Below, piece by piece: positions 13,498 through 27,600 of a DNA stretch of 64,000 bases. The translations under genes and the position numbers were made by a program. Source of the DNA: Moniliella sp. 'wahieum' (Eukaryota). Below the pieces are notes generated by a model that saw nothing but the letters and a program-made list of their open reading frames with translations, was not told the DNA's origin and ran no database searches. The DNA is taken from assembly GCA_003971905.1 (NCBI GenBank), contig RSEE01000014.1, positions 434,001 through 498,000 on the forward strand, read 5' to 3'. The stretch's first letter is position 1. Each line of letters opens with the position of its first letter.

Positions 13498-15841
13498 ATG
13501 TACGCATCCGCACCACCGCCGCTCCATCACCCGGCCCACCCCCGGGCACGCTCCCGAGCCAGCACCCACACCTCCATGGCCATGCCTCGGCGCCTGCCCC
13601 ACCCCACCCCTACGCTGTGCCTGGTGCCCCTGCTGCTCCGCTTGGGGGCGCGCCCCTCCCAGCGTCGGTGCATACTATGGCACAGGCACAGGCACCTACC
13701 TCCCACCTGACACCTACGCCCCCTCCTCTGCCCTCTACACCTCCCTGCCCCCGTCCCCCATCCAGCCTGGCGTCCACCCCTTCCAACCTCTGTGGCTGCC
13801 CCTCCCCCGCGTCTTGGGGTGCTCCCGCTCCTCCCCCGTCTGGCGCTGCTTCCGCCTACCTCCCTTCGCCCGGCCCAGGTGCCTTTGGCCAGCCCCAATT
13901 CCCTCCCCCGCATTCGCTTCCTGCTCCCTACCCCGCCTCCGCCTTCTCCCCTGCGCTTCAGACGGCGTCGTCATCCATGGCACCCGCTTCGATACCGGCC
14001 AAACGTCTGCCAAAGAAAGAGGACATGGACGATGACGACGATCGCCCGCTCGCCGAGTCTCTCCCCGCAGTAGCCCAATCCGCTCCCCCTCGCCCGCAGC
14101 GGCGTACTATGACCAAACCTGATCCTTCTGCTGACCCTAGTCCGCCTACTCTCCCCCCTCCAGCGGCAGGAGATGGCACGACGAATGGCACAGCCGAGCA
14201 GGATGAAGAGGGAAAGAAGATGAGTCATGTCACCATGTTCCGCTGTACTGGCTATGGTGACTGCAACATGGTTTTTACCCGCAGTGAACATCTGGCTCGC
14301 CACCAGCGCAAGCACAATGGCGCCAAGCCTTTCACCTGCCATTGTGGCAAATCATTTTCCCGCCTCGACAATTTACGCCAGCACGCGAATACAGTGCACG
14401 CGTCGTTGTCGCAAAAGAATGAAGAGATGCTTTCGGAGCTATCCACTCTTCACGCTAAACTCGCCGCCAAAGCCGCTCAGGCTCAGTTGGCGGCCAATCA
14501 GGTGATTGGCCGCACGCGCGCGCCTCGCACTTCTGGGGCAGGGCGAGGGAATCCGGGTCATGCACGAAAACGAATGCGGCTGAGTAGTGCTGCCTCTGCC
14601 CACGCCAATGGAACTGGCGCCGGGGTTGTCACGAGCTCTCACACCACCCCTCCTGCACCTCCTTCTGCTTCAGGGGACAGCCTGGAACCTCTATCGTCCA
14701 TGATTCCCCTGCTCCCAGTGCCATGCCAGGCGACCCGCGGCCCGCGCCCGCCAACGGCCAATTCGATGCAGGGAGCGGGATACGATTCAGGCTACTTGGG
14801 TGGCATGGACTTTTTCTGGCTTGGCCGTCCTTCCTCGGCGGCTGGGAGCACACTATTTGATATGTGGCGACCGGGATCGCGCTCGACGGACACGTACCCT
14901 CCCACCAGGGGGGTATGGTTATGGCGAGTACCGCCGTCCGCCGACGTCAGAGTACCGCATGACCGCGGAAGGCGGACGAATACCGCTCCGACCCGTACGC
15001 CCGCCCTGCCACCAACGCGGCGACTATCCGCGTCCCAGTACTTCAGCCTCGGCCGTGATGGCCGGTTCCAGCGGGGAGATTTTCCCTGCGTCCGGCGCGG
15101 AATGGCGGGCGTCCCGCCCACCTACCGCCGCTGGGGCGGGGAGTGCCCTCGCTCCACCCACCACTTCCACCACTCTTCTGCTCTGGCCACCTCTGCTCGT
15201 CCTTTGAGTCAGGGCCGCGACCTTCCTGCTCTGCCCCTGCCTGTAGCGCCCCTGGACCGCGCTGGCGCCTCTGGTTCGGGCCGACCAGGCACGCGGGGCC
15301 AGGAACGGACAGGTAGCACGTGGGATCGCCCTGCCACTCGAGGCTCGCCGCCGGGCAAGTCGGATCGACCCGTGTTGCCACCCCTCTCCTCGCTCAGTCG
15401 ACCGGGCACAACCTCCGGAGGGACAGGGGGGACGACCCAACCTCCACGTCCGGCCAGTCGGGACTGTTCTCTACTCTGCTCAGTGGCTCCGACCTGCGGC
15501 CTCCCTCGAACCACTCGCTCTTTTTCCGCGCGCCTTCGCGTGGGGGCGAGACGGAGGAGCGACCCTTGGGGCGTGCACCTTCTCGGTCCGGAGGGTCGTT
15601 TGGCGGATTGGGTATGGGCTCGTTGACCGCGGTCCGATCCCCGCCGCTCGGTGCGACGGTTTCGCACGGCAATGGCACAGCGAATGGGAACGGGTATGGC
15701 TCCCGTGCCCTTCCTCCCCCTCAACTCCACGTGCCGTCTGACGAAGAGAACGATTCTCCCTTCCGCTCCCCGCCTCCCAAGACAGCCGAGGACGACGATG
15801 GGCGGTTGCCTCGCCCAAGGCGAGCCTACGCGCCAGCGTAA
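13498..15841 (+). CDS. C2H2 zinc-finger transcription factor, Usv1/Rgm1-like; several frameshifts; start approximate
   Basis: [54 protein letters not shown]; Pro-rich flanks and repeated RPxT/RPxS motifs. Confidence 0.85.
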
Positions 15842-16795
15842 AATTTTGTTGCGCCGAGGGGGTCGGTTGGCTTCTTGGCTCTTGGCTCTATCTTGGTCCC
15901 TACCCTCTCGCACGAGCTCACTACGCCTCAGCCCTTCAAGCCATCTCTTTCGCACCATGCGCTTGTGCTCTTGGGGGCCCTCTGTATCTTCCCACACACG
16001 ATGGGGCCACCGAGCACCATATGACCTTAAACTGGCTACGCTTTCTCTCATGCACCCTGTCTAACTAGTTTCTCTGTTTTTTCTTTTTCCTTGCTCTACT
16101 CCCCCTCTGCCCCTCGGGCCTCAAGCCGTACGATCATCGAGATCATCCCCAATGGCTAATGACTGGTGACCTCACGTGGTGCCTTTCTGTCCGAGTGGGA
16201 TGGTGGGAGGGGGCGTAGATGGCGCCCATTCATACCTATACGAACTGCCATGCTCGTATCGCACCCCATTTTGTTCTGTTTGTCGAGAAAGAGTCGATAG
16301 GGATAGGCTCGCTATCTGGCCCGCCGACCGAGCATCCCATGCACCACCCAACGCGAGTCACTGGTCACCTGCGATGGGCTCTATCTCACCAGTGCATCAC
16401 GCACCTTGCAGCACGGGATAGAGGGAGGGGTAGGGCATGCCGTGACCAGCACGGGACAGAGGTGGTATTCCATTGCAAACCTTTGCTCCTGGGTTCATAG
16501 TCCACGAGCAAAGGGACAAAAGAGCAGTACCAAACCCCGCAAAAACGCCCCTCGTAGAGCAGTAAAAGGGAGGACCGGTGCGCAGCGCACGGCCCTTCGC
16601 ACCAAGAGGCAAGTAGATTGGTATACGGAACAGGTCGTCGGTCGTAGTGCAATATAAAGTAAGTGGAGAGGTGGGGATGTGGAAGAGAGAACGGAACGGG
16701 GGCATGGAGACATGCAAAGGAGAGTGGTTGGAGAGCGGTGGAGGGAGGGGGCGGGGGGACGGAGAGGAGAGAAAGAGGAGAGGAGGAATGCAGGC

Positions 16796-19700
16796 TCATG
16801 TTGTAGCCGTCTTATCAAACAACCGACGCACCACATCGAACTTGAGTCGTCTCGAGGCGGGAGTGGGGCGGAGCGGGCTTTTGGACCCAGAAGCGGAAAC
16901 CGAAGCGGTAGCAGAGGCGACATTCTGTTCCACTTGCTCGAGCGGCGGGTCGGACTGGGCATGAACCCAACGTGTTTCGTCCCAGCTCGTCTCGACGACG
17001 CTGCCGCTCAAAGCGGGAGCCGATCGTTTGGTGCGCAATACCCCTTCTCTTCCCGGAGACCGATGAACGAGATGGGACGGGGGAGCGATCCAGTCCCTCG
17101 ACGTGGCTCCTTCGGTTCTCCTGGACCCAACAAGTCCCCCCTCGATGGGTGCAGCGTGTTGGTCGAGGCAACGTGGCGTAAACGACGGTCCTGCGCCAGC
17201 GCCCGCGTCTGGGGGATAATAGGGGCGGATGCGCGCCCGCCGGACCGGAGAGATGGGCGGAGATAGGGCAGCCAAGCCAAAGCTGGCGCCAGCACCAGCA
17301 AGGATAGGCTGGCCCAGGTTCAAAGACAAGCCCTTTTCGGTTCCAAGATTGCCTGGAGGTGGGGCTGGTGCTAAGAGCCAGCCACGTCTGTGCGTGGCGA
17401 GGCAAGGGGCGTGAGCTGCTCTTCCCCTCCCCTGTTGGGGGGAGTGATGTTACGTTGAGTTGCCGCTGACTCGGCCGATTCGCCTGACCCTTCGCGCAGC
17501 GGAGATCGGACCAAGTGTGGAGAAGTCGTGCCGTCCTGCACGGCGTGCACAAGGGGTGTCCGCTCCGCCTCCTCTGCCTCTGCCTTCCCTCGGCGACGTG
17601 CGTATAAGGTGGGAGGAAAAGGTACACTCTCTGTCGCGTTGCGTGTAGGCGAAGGAAGCGCCAATGGTGTCACCTTCTGTCCACGCGATCCACCGGGGTG
17701 CGCGGACGAAAGCGAGGGGGCGTGCTTGGCTGGCGGGCCGAGGGAAGGTCGGGGTTCTAACCTTTTCCGGAGAGGGCCATGAGACGGGTAACGAGCGTGA
17801 GGCGCAACGGGGGCAGGAGCAGAGGCGCGACGGAGGTCGCCGAGGCAACCAGGCCAGCGGGCAAGGTGGCGGCCGAAGTGGGTGGCATGGCATCGCAAGA
17901 GGAATGTTGCGTGCCGGTTTGGTCGCGGTCGCGTTGGCGTTCGCGCGTCATTGCCTGACCGAGGGCAGCGAGTTGCTGGGCCAAAGTGAGAGTGGTGCCA
18001 TCGTCGAGTTGGACGGCGAGATTGGGCGCTTGGCCTTCTCCTGCGCCTTGGCCGCGCGCGAGAATGGCGGCGGCCTGTGCGGCCGCAGGCAATGGGTTGG
18101 GCGGGACGACGAGCGAGGTGCTAGTCCGGGATGTAGGTACGGGCGATGAGCGCTTTGCATCTGGGTGGGACGAGCGCGGAAAAGACAGTGGGGGGGTTGC
18201 GGAGGCAGTGGGGGTAGAAGGAGCGGTATCTGACTGGCTCATTTGGGCTGCCCCTGGAGAAGGGGGCAGGTCGACTGATCTGTCCTTGAGCAAGTCGACT
18301 GACCTGTTCCTATGCATGCGGGGCGACGGTTCGCTTGGGTAGCGTGTTTTTAATCCCAAAGACGTACCCGCCGAGTAAGCGCGGTAAGGGGGATAGAGAA
18401 GTGGGGACTGGAAGAAGGTGAAGGCATTGAGTTGGGAGCCAATTCTTCCCATTCGTCCCTTGCTCCCGTGTCATCCGATGCAGTCACCATCCCAGTCCCA
18501 TGAGACAAGACGTTTGGATACCGCTGGGACGAACTGGCATTGACTCCGCGCCCAGGCAGGCCAAAGAACACCCCCTTCTCACCGGCGCTACCAAATACGT
18601 CATCCTTATTGGTATCATGGCGTTGGGGTCGTGACTCAGGACCGGAGTTGCTGGCATGCCGCTGACGATGACACGGCCGAAGGAGGGCGTGAAGACGTGG
18701 GGTGGGGTAGTCCGACACGCCCGAGTCCTTGAGGGGCGCATCCGGCACAATGGATGCCATGGTTGTACTAGGTGAAGTGGGTTGGGGCGGCAAGGGCGGT
18801 GCGGCGGCGCGTTTCCGCAACATTCGTTCCGAAATGATTGGAAGTGAGGGGCGCCGCGGACCAGAAAAACTGGCGGTGCGTACTTGGGGTTGAGGTTGGG
18901 AGGGGGTTGGGAGCAGCAGGAACAAGCGGGGAAGAAGTTGGTTCAATCGAGACGATTCCTTGGCTCATCCCTGCTGTGCTTGGAGCCTGAACATCGGGCG
19001 GGGCAGCGGAGGCTAGTCGAGGACGTTCTGTGTGGGGCTGGGGGTGGTAAGGGGGAAGATGCGTGAGTGGGGGAGGTGGGGAGGGTAAAGAGGGGAATGA
19101 GAAGGCGAGATCCGGGGCTTGGGGGGCGGCAAGGCCGAGGGGCCAGTTAGGTTGGAAGAGTGGTGCGAACGCAAGTTGACCAGCGAATGCATCTTGGGTA
19201 GGCGGCTGACCCCCGGGCCACTCGAGGCGCCGAGCGGCGTCGTGGAGCCGCTGTCCTTGCTGGCGGGACAACATGGAGGAGCGTAGAGACCGCGTCAGCA
19301 ATCCGCTCAAACGAGCGTGTGGGCATCAGGCGGTAGCGGCGGGCGGTGGGGGAGGGAGGCCCGCTACCTGGGGGACTGCCTTGAGATGGCACTAGTGATG
19401 GCCGTCGCCATGGGTCCCCCAAACTGGACAAATCGGAGCCTGAAGACGACTCGAGGGCGAGGTGCAAGGCGCTGGACATGGAATGATTGGCGAGGGATTG
19501 TGGGGTGGCCCCATTTTCGTCTGCTGCATCAATGTTGGCACCCGCCTGCACCAACAGTTGCACCACCCCGGCATGGCCGTTGGCCACGGCGAGGTGGAGC
19601 GGTGTGGCGCCGACTGGGACTGTGAGCGGGGAGAGGGAGGCGCAGCATCGGCCCCGGCGGGAGAAGAGGAGGAAGAGACGGAGCAAGCAGAGGGCACACG

Positions 19701-19947
19701 GGCTGGGGGGCGAGGTAAGCTGGGGGTGGCGCGGTGGGCGAGGAGGAGGGCGACAACAGCAATGTGCCCGGCGGCAGCGGCAGCATGAAGTGGCGCCAGG
19801 CCATCGGTGACAGTGTCGGGGGAGAGTCCGACCGCGAGGGCGGCACGGACAGCCGGTTCGTCGCGCCAGCCAAGGCAGCGGCAACGAGCTGGCGTGGGCG
19901 CCAGAGACGGCTGCGGGGGGGATGGGGGCGGGAGTGCCGGGACCCAT
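16796..19947 (-). CDS. Ankyrin-repeat protein with long low-complexity C-terminus; fragmented; bounds approximate
   Basis: GATPLHLAVANGHAGVVQLLVQAGANIDAADENGATPQSLA followed by a chain of Ser/Pro-rich minus-strand ORFs (18350-18946, 17757-18452, 16796-17329). Confidence 0.6.
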
Positions 19948-21859
19948 GTTGGTGCGGAACGGGGAAAGGGAGAGGCGCGCCCCGGGCGTGGAGGAGGCCG
20001 AGAGAAGATGGGTGGGACGGCAGTGGGGAGGGGTAATTAATGGTGGACGGACTGGCAATGGGGAGCTGCAACGCAAGAAGGCCCATGTGGCTCCGCGTCT
20101 TGCCGGTGCAGACACGGTGTTGATGAATGATTAATGATTGGCCTGGCTCGCCTGATCGGCCGGTCGGTCCATGTGCTTGAAGCTTGAAGGCTTGAAGCTT
20201 GAGGGGCTCTCGGATCTCAGCGCCGCTCGGTCTGAGCGCTGAGTCTCAGCAGTACGTTCGGTCTGAGTAGCTAGTAATAGCCTAACCGGGCCGGAGCCAG
20301 GTTGAGCTGTGGCGTGGCAAGAATAGGCCCAGGCCCAGAAAGAACCCAGACCAAGGCCTAACCATAAGGCCCAAGAACCACAGACCCTGGCACAGCCACA
20401 CTGCTGCTGCTGGTCTGCGTGAGCGTGAGCCATGTGTGCTGAGTCTGCCGAGTCCGCCGAGTCCGCCGCTTGCCTTTTCGTGCCCCTGCGCATCTCCCCC
20501 TGAGGCCTGAGGCTACCGACTATCCCCCATCATGCACATCATGCATCATGAATCATTCCCCGCCTCCCGGCTCTCCGATCTCACACGCAACGACCACCCT
20601 CTTCCCACCACGGCTGCAGTATGGCGCACCACACGCGAATGCTACGCGTCGGGGCAGACGTGGGGCGTTAAACGTTAAAAGCTCGTTAAGCGCTAAGCGA
20701 GGCCTATATACCGTGTGGGCTCCACTTGTCAGAGAAATACAGCACCCGCTCAAAATCCGTCTCTGGCACCACATCCTCAACACACGTCACATGTCACAGC
20801 TACTGCCAATATTACCACACTGCTATTACTGAGTAACGCCTGCTACCGCCCCCCACCCCTTTTCGCCGAATAAAAAAGCTTCGCCACAAGAACTGTGTAT
20901 GACTGTTCCGCAGAGAGAGCGATCCAAGTATCACTGCAAGAGAATTCATGCTCCACTGCTCCCACACACCACTCGTCCGTCGTGTCTCCCCAAGTCTCTC
21001 TCCATATCCCCGACACACTCTCTTACAGTATACATATACACCCACCCACCCCCGTCATTATGATGTGTCCGTACTCAGTGGCGTACCGGGTGCCTCTCTT
21101 GTATTCGCTTTTGTCACGCAGGCCTAGCTAGCGATGCTGGCGATGGGGAATGGAAATGGTATTCCAGAGCTAAGGAGAGCTAGACCTTTGGGCCGAGGTA
21201 GGCTTCGGGCTCGGAGCCCGGAAGGTCCGGGACGCACTGCCCCGATGCGCTGTGTGTATCGCGCCACGTGTGCCACTGAAGGCCGATGGGCGATGGGCTC
21301 TGGACCTAAGATTTTCAACGGAATAAGCGCTAACAATCTAAGCTCGCTCCCTCAACGTTCAAAGCTTCAGGAGGCCTCAACGTACCTCAACACGTCCTCA
21401 ACGTTGAACGTTTTTGAAGTTAATGTCGGCCTCGCTACTACCACAGGATGTGAGCACTGAACGTCGCATTGGACTAAGGAGCTTCTGCGACTGAATCGTC
21501 CAGAAGACTGGTGCGAGCTCGGAAGGAATGAAAACTGACTCACGTGGCTCAGGGTACGCGTGGTCCTAGGACTAATGTCAACAATTAACGTTTAACGTTC
21601 CCGTTCACCTTTCACCTTTCACGTTCATACCCAAAAGAGAAGTCTGGCAGCCCGACGTGTCTCCTCCTCAAAGCTTCGGCAGTCGTAGCTTAGTCTTCCC
21701 TCTCTTCCACTCCCTCCGCTACTCTCCACTATTCGCACGCTAGCAATCAATCTCTATCGTCTATTTGACCTACAGTTCTTGATGGCCGTTTCGCTTGGCA
21801 TCGGGATCCGGTGACATCATCAAGTTTCAATTGAGTACGCTTCTATTCAGACTGAGCGT

Positions 21860-22210
21860 GTACTGTGTACCGTACGTTACTTTTCGTTACTAGTTACTGA
21901 ACGTTCGTTGAACACGTTGAACGTACTGAACGTTGAACTTTGAAGACGTTGAAGCTTGAAGCTTCCTTGAAGCTTGAAGCTTGAAGTCAAGGCTAAGCTA
22001 AGCCTTATTAGTTAGGCCTAAGGCTTAGCGCTTAGCCTAAGCATTAAGCGCCTAAGCCCCCCCTACTGACTCTAAGGCTGGATGAGGCCTGAGACTCAGG
22101 CTCTCAGGCCCTCAGGCCCTCAGCCTGAGGGTTGAGACGTTGAGGCTCAACTGACTGAGCGCTCAACCGAGCAGCGCTGAGCCTCAGTCCACAGCCTGAG
22201 GCCTGAGGGG
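21860..22210. repeat. Intergenic block of short palindromic words (AACGTT, AAGCTT, CTAAG/CTTAG, CTGAG/CTCAG)
   Basis: GAACGTTGAAC.., TTGAAGCTTGAAGCTTGAAG, GGCTAAGCTAAGCC, CTCAGGCCCTCAGGCCCTCAGCCTGAGG. Confidence 0.75.
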
Positions 22211-23139
22211 GCGGATGGACGGCAGGGGTACTGAACTTCTCGGCTGTATGAGGTGGCGGGACGCCCTGGGTAGGTGGGCGACCCATGCGCACTGCCTACT
22301 GTCCACAACATACGCCCCACATGGGATAGACACTCCAAGTAATCGGCAGAGGAGACACCGTGCCGCCGGAATGGAATTGAGGGGCAGAGCACTGCAGAGC
22401 CGCATTCTGCATCGCATCACCGCGTCTGTCCTCACAAATCAATCATCGATCACCGATCACAACATAGCCTGCGGGCAGATCTCAGATTTGCGTCTTAGAT
22501 CTCAGACCTGCAGACAATAGACAGGTGCTCGCATGGGGGCCGTGTGCGCGCTGCGCATGTGAGAAAGCGGGACGTTGAAAGCGGGTGGGAGTGCTGTGTC
22601 AGGCCTGAGGCGGTGCACCGGCCTTGGCCTGCCTTGGCTGCGCAGCCAGTGCCTTGCGCTCGCTCCTCTGGCCGGGCAGAGGCGGTGCAGGGCGCGCAGT
22701 GTTCGTGATGCATGCAGGCGCACCGCAGCTGGCGCAGGCCGGCACACTGTGTGAGCGCATTAGCTGAGCGCGCTCAGACCTCTGATCCGCTCAGGCGCTC
22801 AGACCTGCTCACTCTCAGCGCAGCGTTGAGAGGCGCTGAGGCGCGCTGAGGCGCCGAGGCCTGACGCCTGAGGCATACTGAGCGTACCGAATATGTATCT
22901 GTGCACGTACCTATCCAGTGTAAAAAAACTAGCCAAGCCAGCAACCCGCCCCTACCCGTCCTCGGGAATAACCCTGCCCTCCTCCTACGCTCTCGGCCTC
23001 AGGCCCTCAGGCTTTGCCGGTTACCGGTTGCCGGCCTCCGTTGGTTACTCATGCTGCTCGTCTACGCTCAGCGCTCACTTCGCTTCTTCTCGCCACCGTC
23101 ACTGTCCCCCCCGTCGCTGCACTCCCCTCCCCGCGTATA

Positions 23140-24620
23140 ATGCCCGCCGTTGCCGCGGCGCGCTTACCTCTCCGCCGCCGAGGCCGCTGCCACGCTGGGC
23201 TACCCCCATCTGGTCCAGAACCATGGCCCTGCGTTGGTGTGGCAGGCGTCTGTCGCACTCGTCGTCACCAAGCTTGTCCTCCTGCTTGCCGCCACGCCCT
23301 GGGCCCGCACACGCTCGCCGCCGTCGTCATCGCCCTCGACGCCGCCTTCTTGCACCACATCATACCACCCAAGCAAGGGTTCTGGGCTGCGCTGCCTGCC
23401 CGGCTCGAAGCCCAGGTCCACACACTCCTACATGCCGCCTGGACTCCTTCCCTCGCTGCTGCTTATCACGCGGGCCTGGCACACCTACGCAAGGGCCACC
23501 AAGCCACAGCCACCCATGTCCCGCGATGGTACGAGCTGGCTTGCCTTCATTTTGCTGCGCTCTCCCATCAAGCCCTGGACCATGGCGCCCATTGGTACAA
23601 AGTAGCACAGTTGCATGCCAGCTGCATGGCTGGGCTGCTGAGCGCATCCCACCCTCCGTTGTGCACGCCGCGCACCACCCCACCCTTGTCCAGACTGCCA
23701 AAACGACACGCTTCCATGTTACATCTGGATGGAACACGCTATGGTTCCATGGCGCTAAGGGTTACGCCGCGTCCCGAGCCCATGGCACGCACTTGGCCCA
23801 GGTGCCTCGGAGCGTATGCCTTTGGTGTACGGCCACGTCGAACAACACTGGCCTATGTATGCAGTTATAGCCCAGCTGATTCTTGTGGCCTGTCTCTTCC
23901 TCACCGGCCTCAAGTCCTCCGGCCGACCCAGGCTGGCTTAACCAAATCCGACTCCCTGCCACGGGTGACACTTCCGTTGTTATTCCCGAACGGTACCAGC
24001 TGCACTCGCATGTTTCGTCTCCCGACACCACGATCGCAGAGGACGAGAATACCGCCGGTATCGACAGGGTGGATCCCGTTACGTCGACCCCTACCAAGCG
24101 CAATGGGTCTGGCACGATCAAAAGTTGAACAATGGCTCTCTCCCTGCCCGTCCCAAGAGGATGGCGTGTCCAAGAAGACGAATGGGCTGGTTTCGTCCTC
24201 GGCTCTCCCTGCTACGCCAGCCAAGCCTCTGAAACCTAACCCACTCGCCACGGGGCAAATGGCGCGTCTTCTTCTCCCCGTACGCCTGCCAAGCCCGCCT
24301 CCCAGCCTCCTAGCGCATACAAATCCCTTCCTTCTCCACCGGACGAGGCCGATAATCGCTCGATCTTTAAACGGAACGGGTCGGGCCTGCGCAAACTCCG
24401 TAACTCTCTTCGTCGCAGCCCGGCTGCTGAGGGAGAGGGAAAACGGTCACGGTTTGGCTTACGGTCGCGTGGCGCTATGGCTTCATCTGCCTCTCTCAAC
24501 TCACCTGCCAATGGCGACACGTCCGTCGACGCTTCTGTCGATACGAGTGCCACCACATCACCCCTGCGCAAACGCAGGGCCCGCCTCTCGGCCATCATCT
24601 TGGGCGATATCAACCCTTAA
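23140..24620 (+). CDS. Hypothetical protein (helical N-terminus, Ser/Arg-rich tail); fragmented
   Basis: Overlapping protein-like ORFs from ATG 23140 (MPAVAAAR..) to ..RKRRARLSAIILGDINP*; no family recognised. Confidence 0.35.
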
Positions 24621-27600
24621 TACCACGTGTCTCTTTCAGGCCCATGATCCCCCCTTCTTTATCTTGTGGGGTTCCCCCACCCCCCTTGTCTACCCCTACT
24701 ACTACCCCGCTCTCCGCGCTTCTGCTCGCCTCCCCCGCCCCACTGTACTCCCTTCGCAGAGAAGTAGGTTCTTGTCGCACATGATGATTCCTTGGGTATA
24801 TATTTTTTTTCTCGCCTCCCCCGGTACTGTCGGGGTCTTTCTGCAATTCCAAGGCCTATTGGCCTTAGGCTTCATGCCTCATGCCTCATGCCCCATGATG
24901 GCCTCGCATACTCGCCATGTTCCATGAGCTCTTGAAGACTTTGATTGATTATTTGACCTGTTGTGTCTGTAAGTGAGGGTCCCGGGAGGTCATGCACAAA
25001 CGCCTGCCATGCATCAACAATTTGTATGCGGTGATCACCGATATCACCCTTTCAAACTCCCTCCCATACCATGCTTTGTGGGAGGCTCGATGATCGGCAG
25101 CAGTTGGCGGAATGGGGCGGAATGAGGCGGAATGCGGAAGTGGAGGTCGAGAAAAGTCAGGCTATAAATTTCTTCCTTCTTCGCTTGAAGCTGGATTCAA
25201 GCATTCGTTCTCCCCACCATGTAATACCCGGTTCACAACGGGAGCGCCCGTGACCAAGGGCCCTCCAACCGAGACATCAAACTTCAAGGCCCACTCAGTT
25301 CTCTCTCCACCTCCATGACCCAATTCGAATCGGTCTTAAAGCTTCAACGGTCAACGTTCAAGGTAAGTTGCGCATTTCTCCCCCCCCCCCGCCTTCCCTC
25401 ACATGTGGGGGAAGGGGGCACCAATGATTTGAACGAACCAAATTCTTGAGACTTGGCGTCGATGAGAACCAAATTTCTTTTTATGTCTTTCGCTCCTTTA
25501 TGAGGCTCCTCCTTCGTGATGCATTAAGCATCCTTCCTACCAGACTGTTGCTGACTATTTGCATCCAGATGCGATCCACGGTGCAGGTATCCACTGCTAC
25601 CATACCCTGGTCGGTTACAATGACTTGACTCCACCTCAGGCCTCACCTGACTGGGTTCGTTAGGCGTGGAAACTTCTGTTGGTATGCATCGCGCCGTCCT
25701 ACCGTTGCCACCTAGGCCAAACTCGTACTCAACGACGATGGATGTTCGATGCTCGAGGGATGATCTGCACGCACTACCTCACCCAGTGCCCACCTCCGTG
25801 CGGCTGTGACCGTGGTGCCTGGGGTCTATTGACCACGCTATCCTGGTTTCCCGGCCGCAAGGGCGAGCTGGTCGCATCGTATCTTGTTTCTCCACATTTC
25901 TTTCGGCCGAAGAGGATTGAGAGACTAATGGCACTAGCTTGGTGGGATCTTTCACTCGAGTCTCCGTTAAGATATCGATCACGATCCCCCAAACCCTCCC
26001 GTCTCCGGTAACTAGATGACTACCCAAATTACCACGGTACACTACCACGGAAAGCACCCCATACCCAAGACACGGTGGGGCGCCCTTCATTTCAGCTGCC
26101 TCCGCCACGGGCCTCTTCCTCTCCTGCCGGTCATCGTACGGGGGATGCGGGCCCGCTAAGACTGCCCCCTTTTTACTTGTTGTACTGGTCAGCATCCTGC
26201 TCCAGGCCTATAGTCTCCTAATGCATGGTTTTAATTTACGGCCGGAAACGATGGTAGAAACGCTTTGAATCCAGGCGTGTTGTCTTTGATGTTTCCACAC
26301 GCCCATGCCATATGCATGTACATGTTATGGATGAGCGATGATCGATGATTTACTTCCCGATCGTGGCGCGCCACATGTCACACGTCCGCGTCAGCCAGCA
26401 AGCAGAAGCATCAGGTGGTGAGCAGGTGGTAGGCACCGGATAGAAGACTAGATTATTGCAGAGGCAAAAGGGAGGAAATAAGGGCTCGTCCTCCTTGCCC
26501 ACTTTTTGTTTGGAATGGGTCTCCCGCCAGCCTGGTGTTATCGGCATCGCCAGCAGGCATCTCCACCGCTCAGTAGCGAAATGCTACCCACTTCTCTCTT
26601 TAGCGCCATGCCCTCTACTCTATGCTATACTGCCATCCATATCATTCGGAAACGTACGCCTCAACGACGCGTTCATGCGGTGTGTTGGTTAGCGCCACCC
26701 TGTTAAGGAACCAGCAAAAGATAGCCGTTCACTATTTCGATCATTAAATCGTAAGCAATTCCGAGATATATTCACCGGATATTTGACACAGGACAGTGGG
26801 GGCAGGGAGAAGCTTCGCTGTATGTTCATTGATCGATGTTCGGCCGTTGCGAGCTTTGTAAGAATGGGAGTGAGACCCGCATGCTCATTTGCCTCATGAT
26901 TACGGCCGTTCGAAGTCAGTACCACCCAGTGTACTGAGTAACGATCATTCTATTCGGCCTTTCGAGCCCGGCTTCGGATCGGTGGGGCCGCGCGTGGGGC
27001 TTTGTGGGAGCATAAGCTCGGGGAGCGTGTGTCTCCCACGTGGCGCTGCGGAGGCATCTCTTCCACGCGCTATTGCGCGTTCAATTATAGGAAGTGCCTC
27101 CCTTTTTGCCCCTTCCCGCCCCTTCATCCGCTTTTGCGGCCGCAATCCAATGCGATTCCTGTCTGGCTACGAAATGGTCTTCAGGGTGTATGTTGTCCTA
27201 GTACCTATTTTCCCAGCCACGTTGGACGGGTGTCGTGGTGACCTAGATAGATATGCTTCAGTCACATGCACATACTATTATGAGAGCGAAAAGCATTTAA
27301 GCCAACAGCGGTTGGGGTATGTGGGAATCATACAAGCTTTGGAAGTTTGGTCCCTCTTCCACCGTGCCGGGGTAGCAGTCGATCCTTTTCGAAATGAAGG
27401 TCCTCGGAAGCTCGGGAAGACTCAACTAAGCGCTCGCCTATTACGATAATGCGATGGGTAATGGATAACTCGTCTCAATAGTAACAACACAAGACACAGC
27501 TCTCTGGCTCGCCTTCTTCGTCCGCGGGTTATCTTTTGGGGGGTCTAGCAAAGAGGACGCCACCGATGACCTGACTCAATGGCCGTCTTTTCCATTTCGG

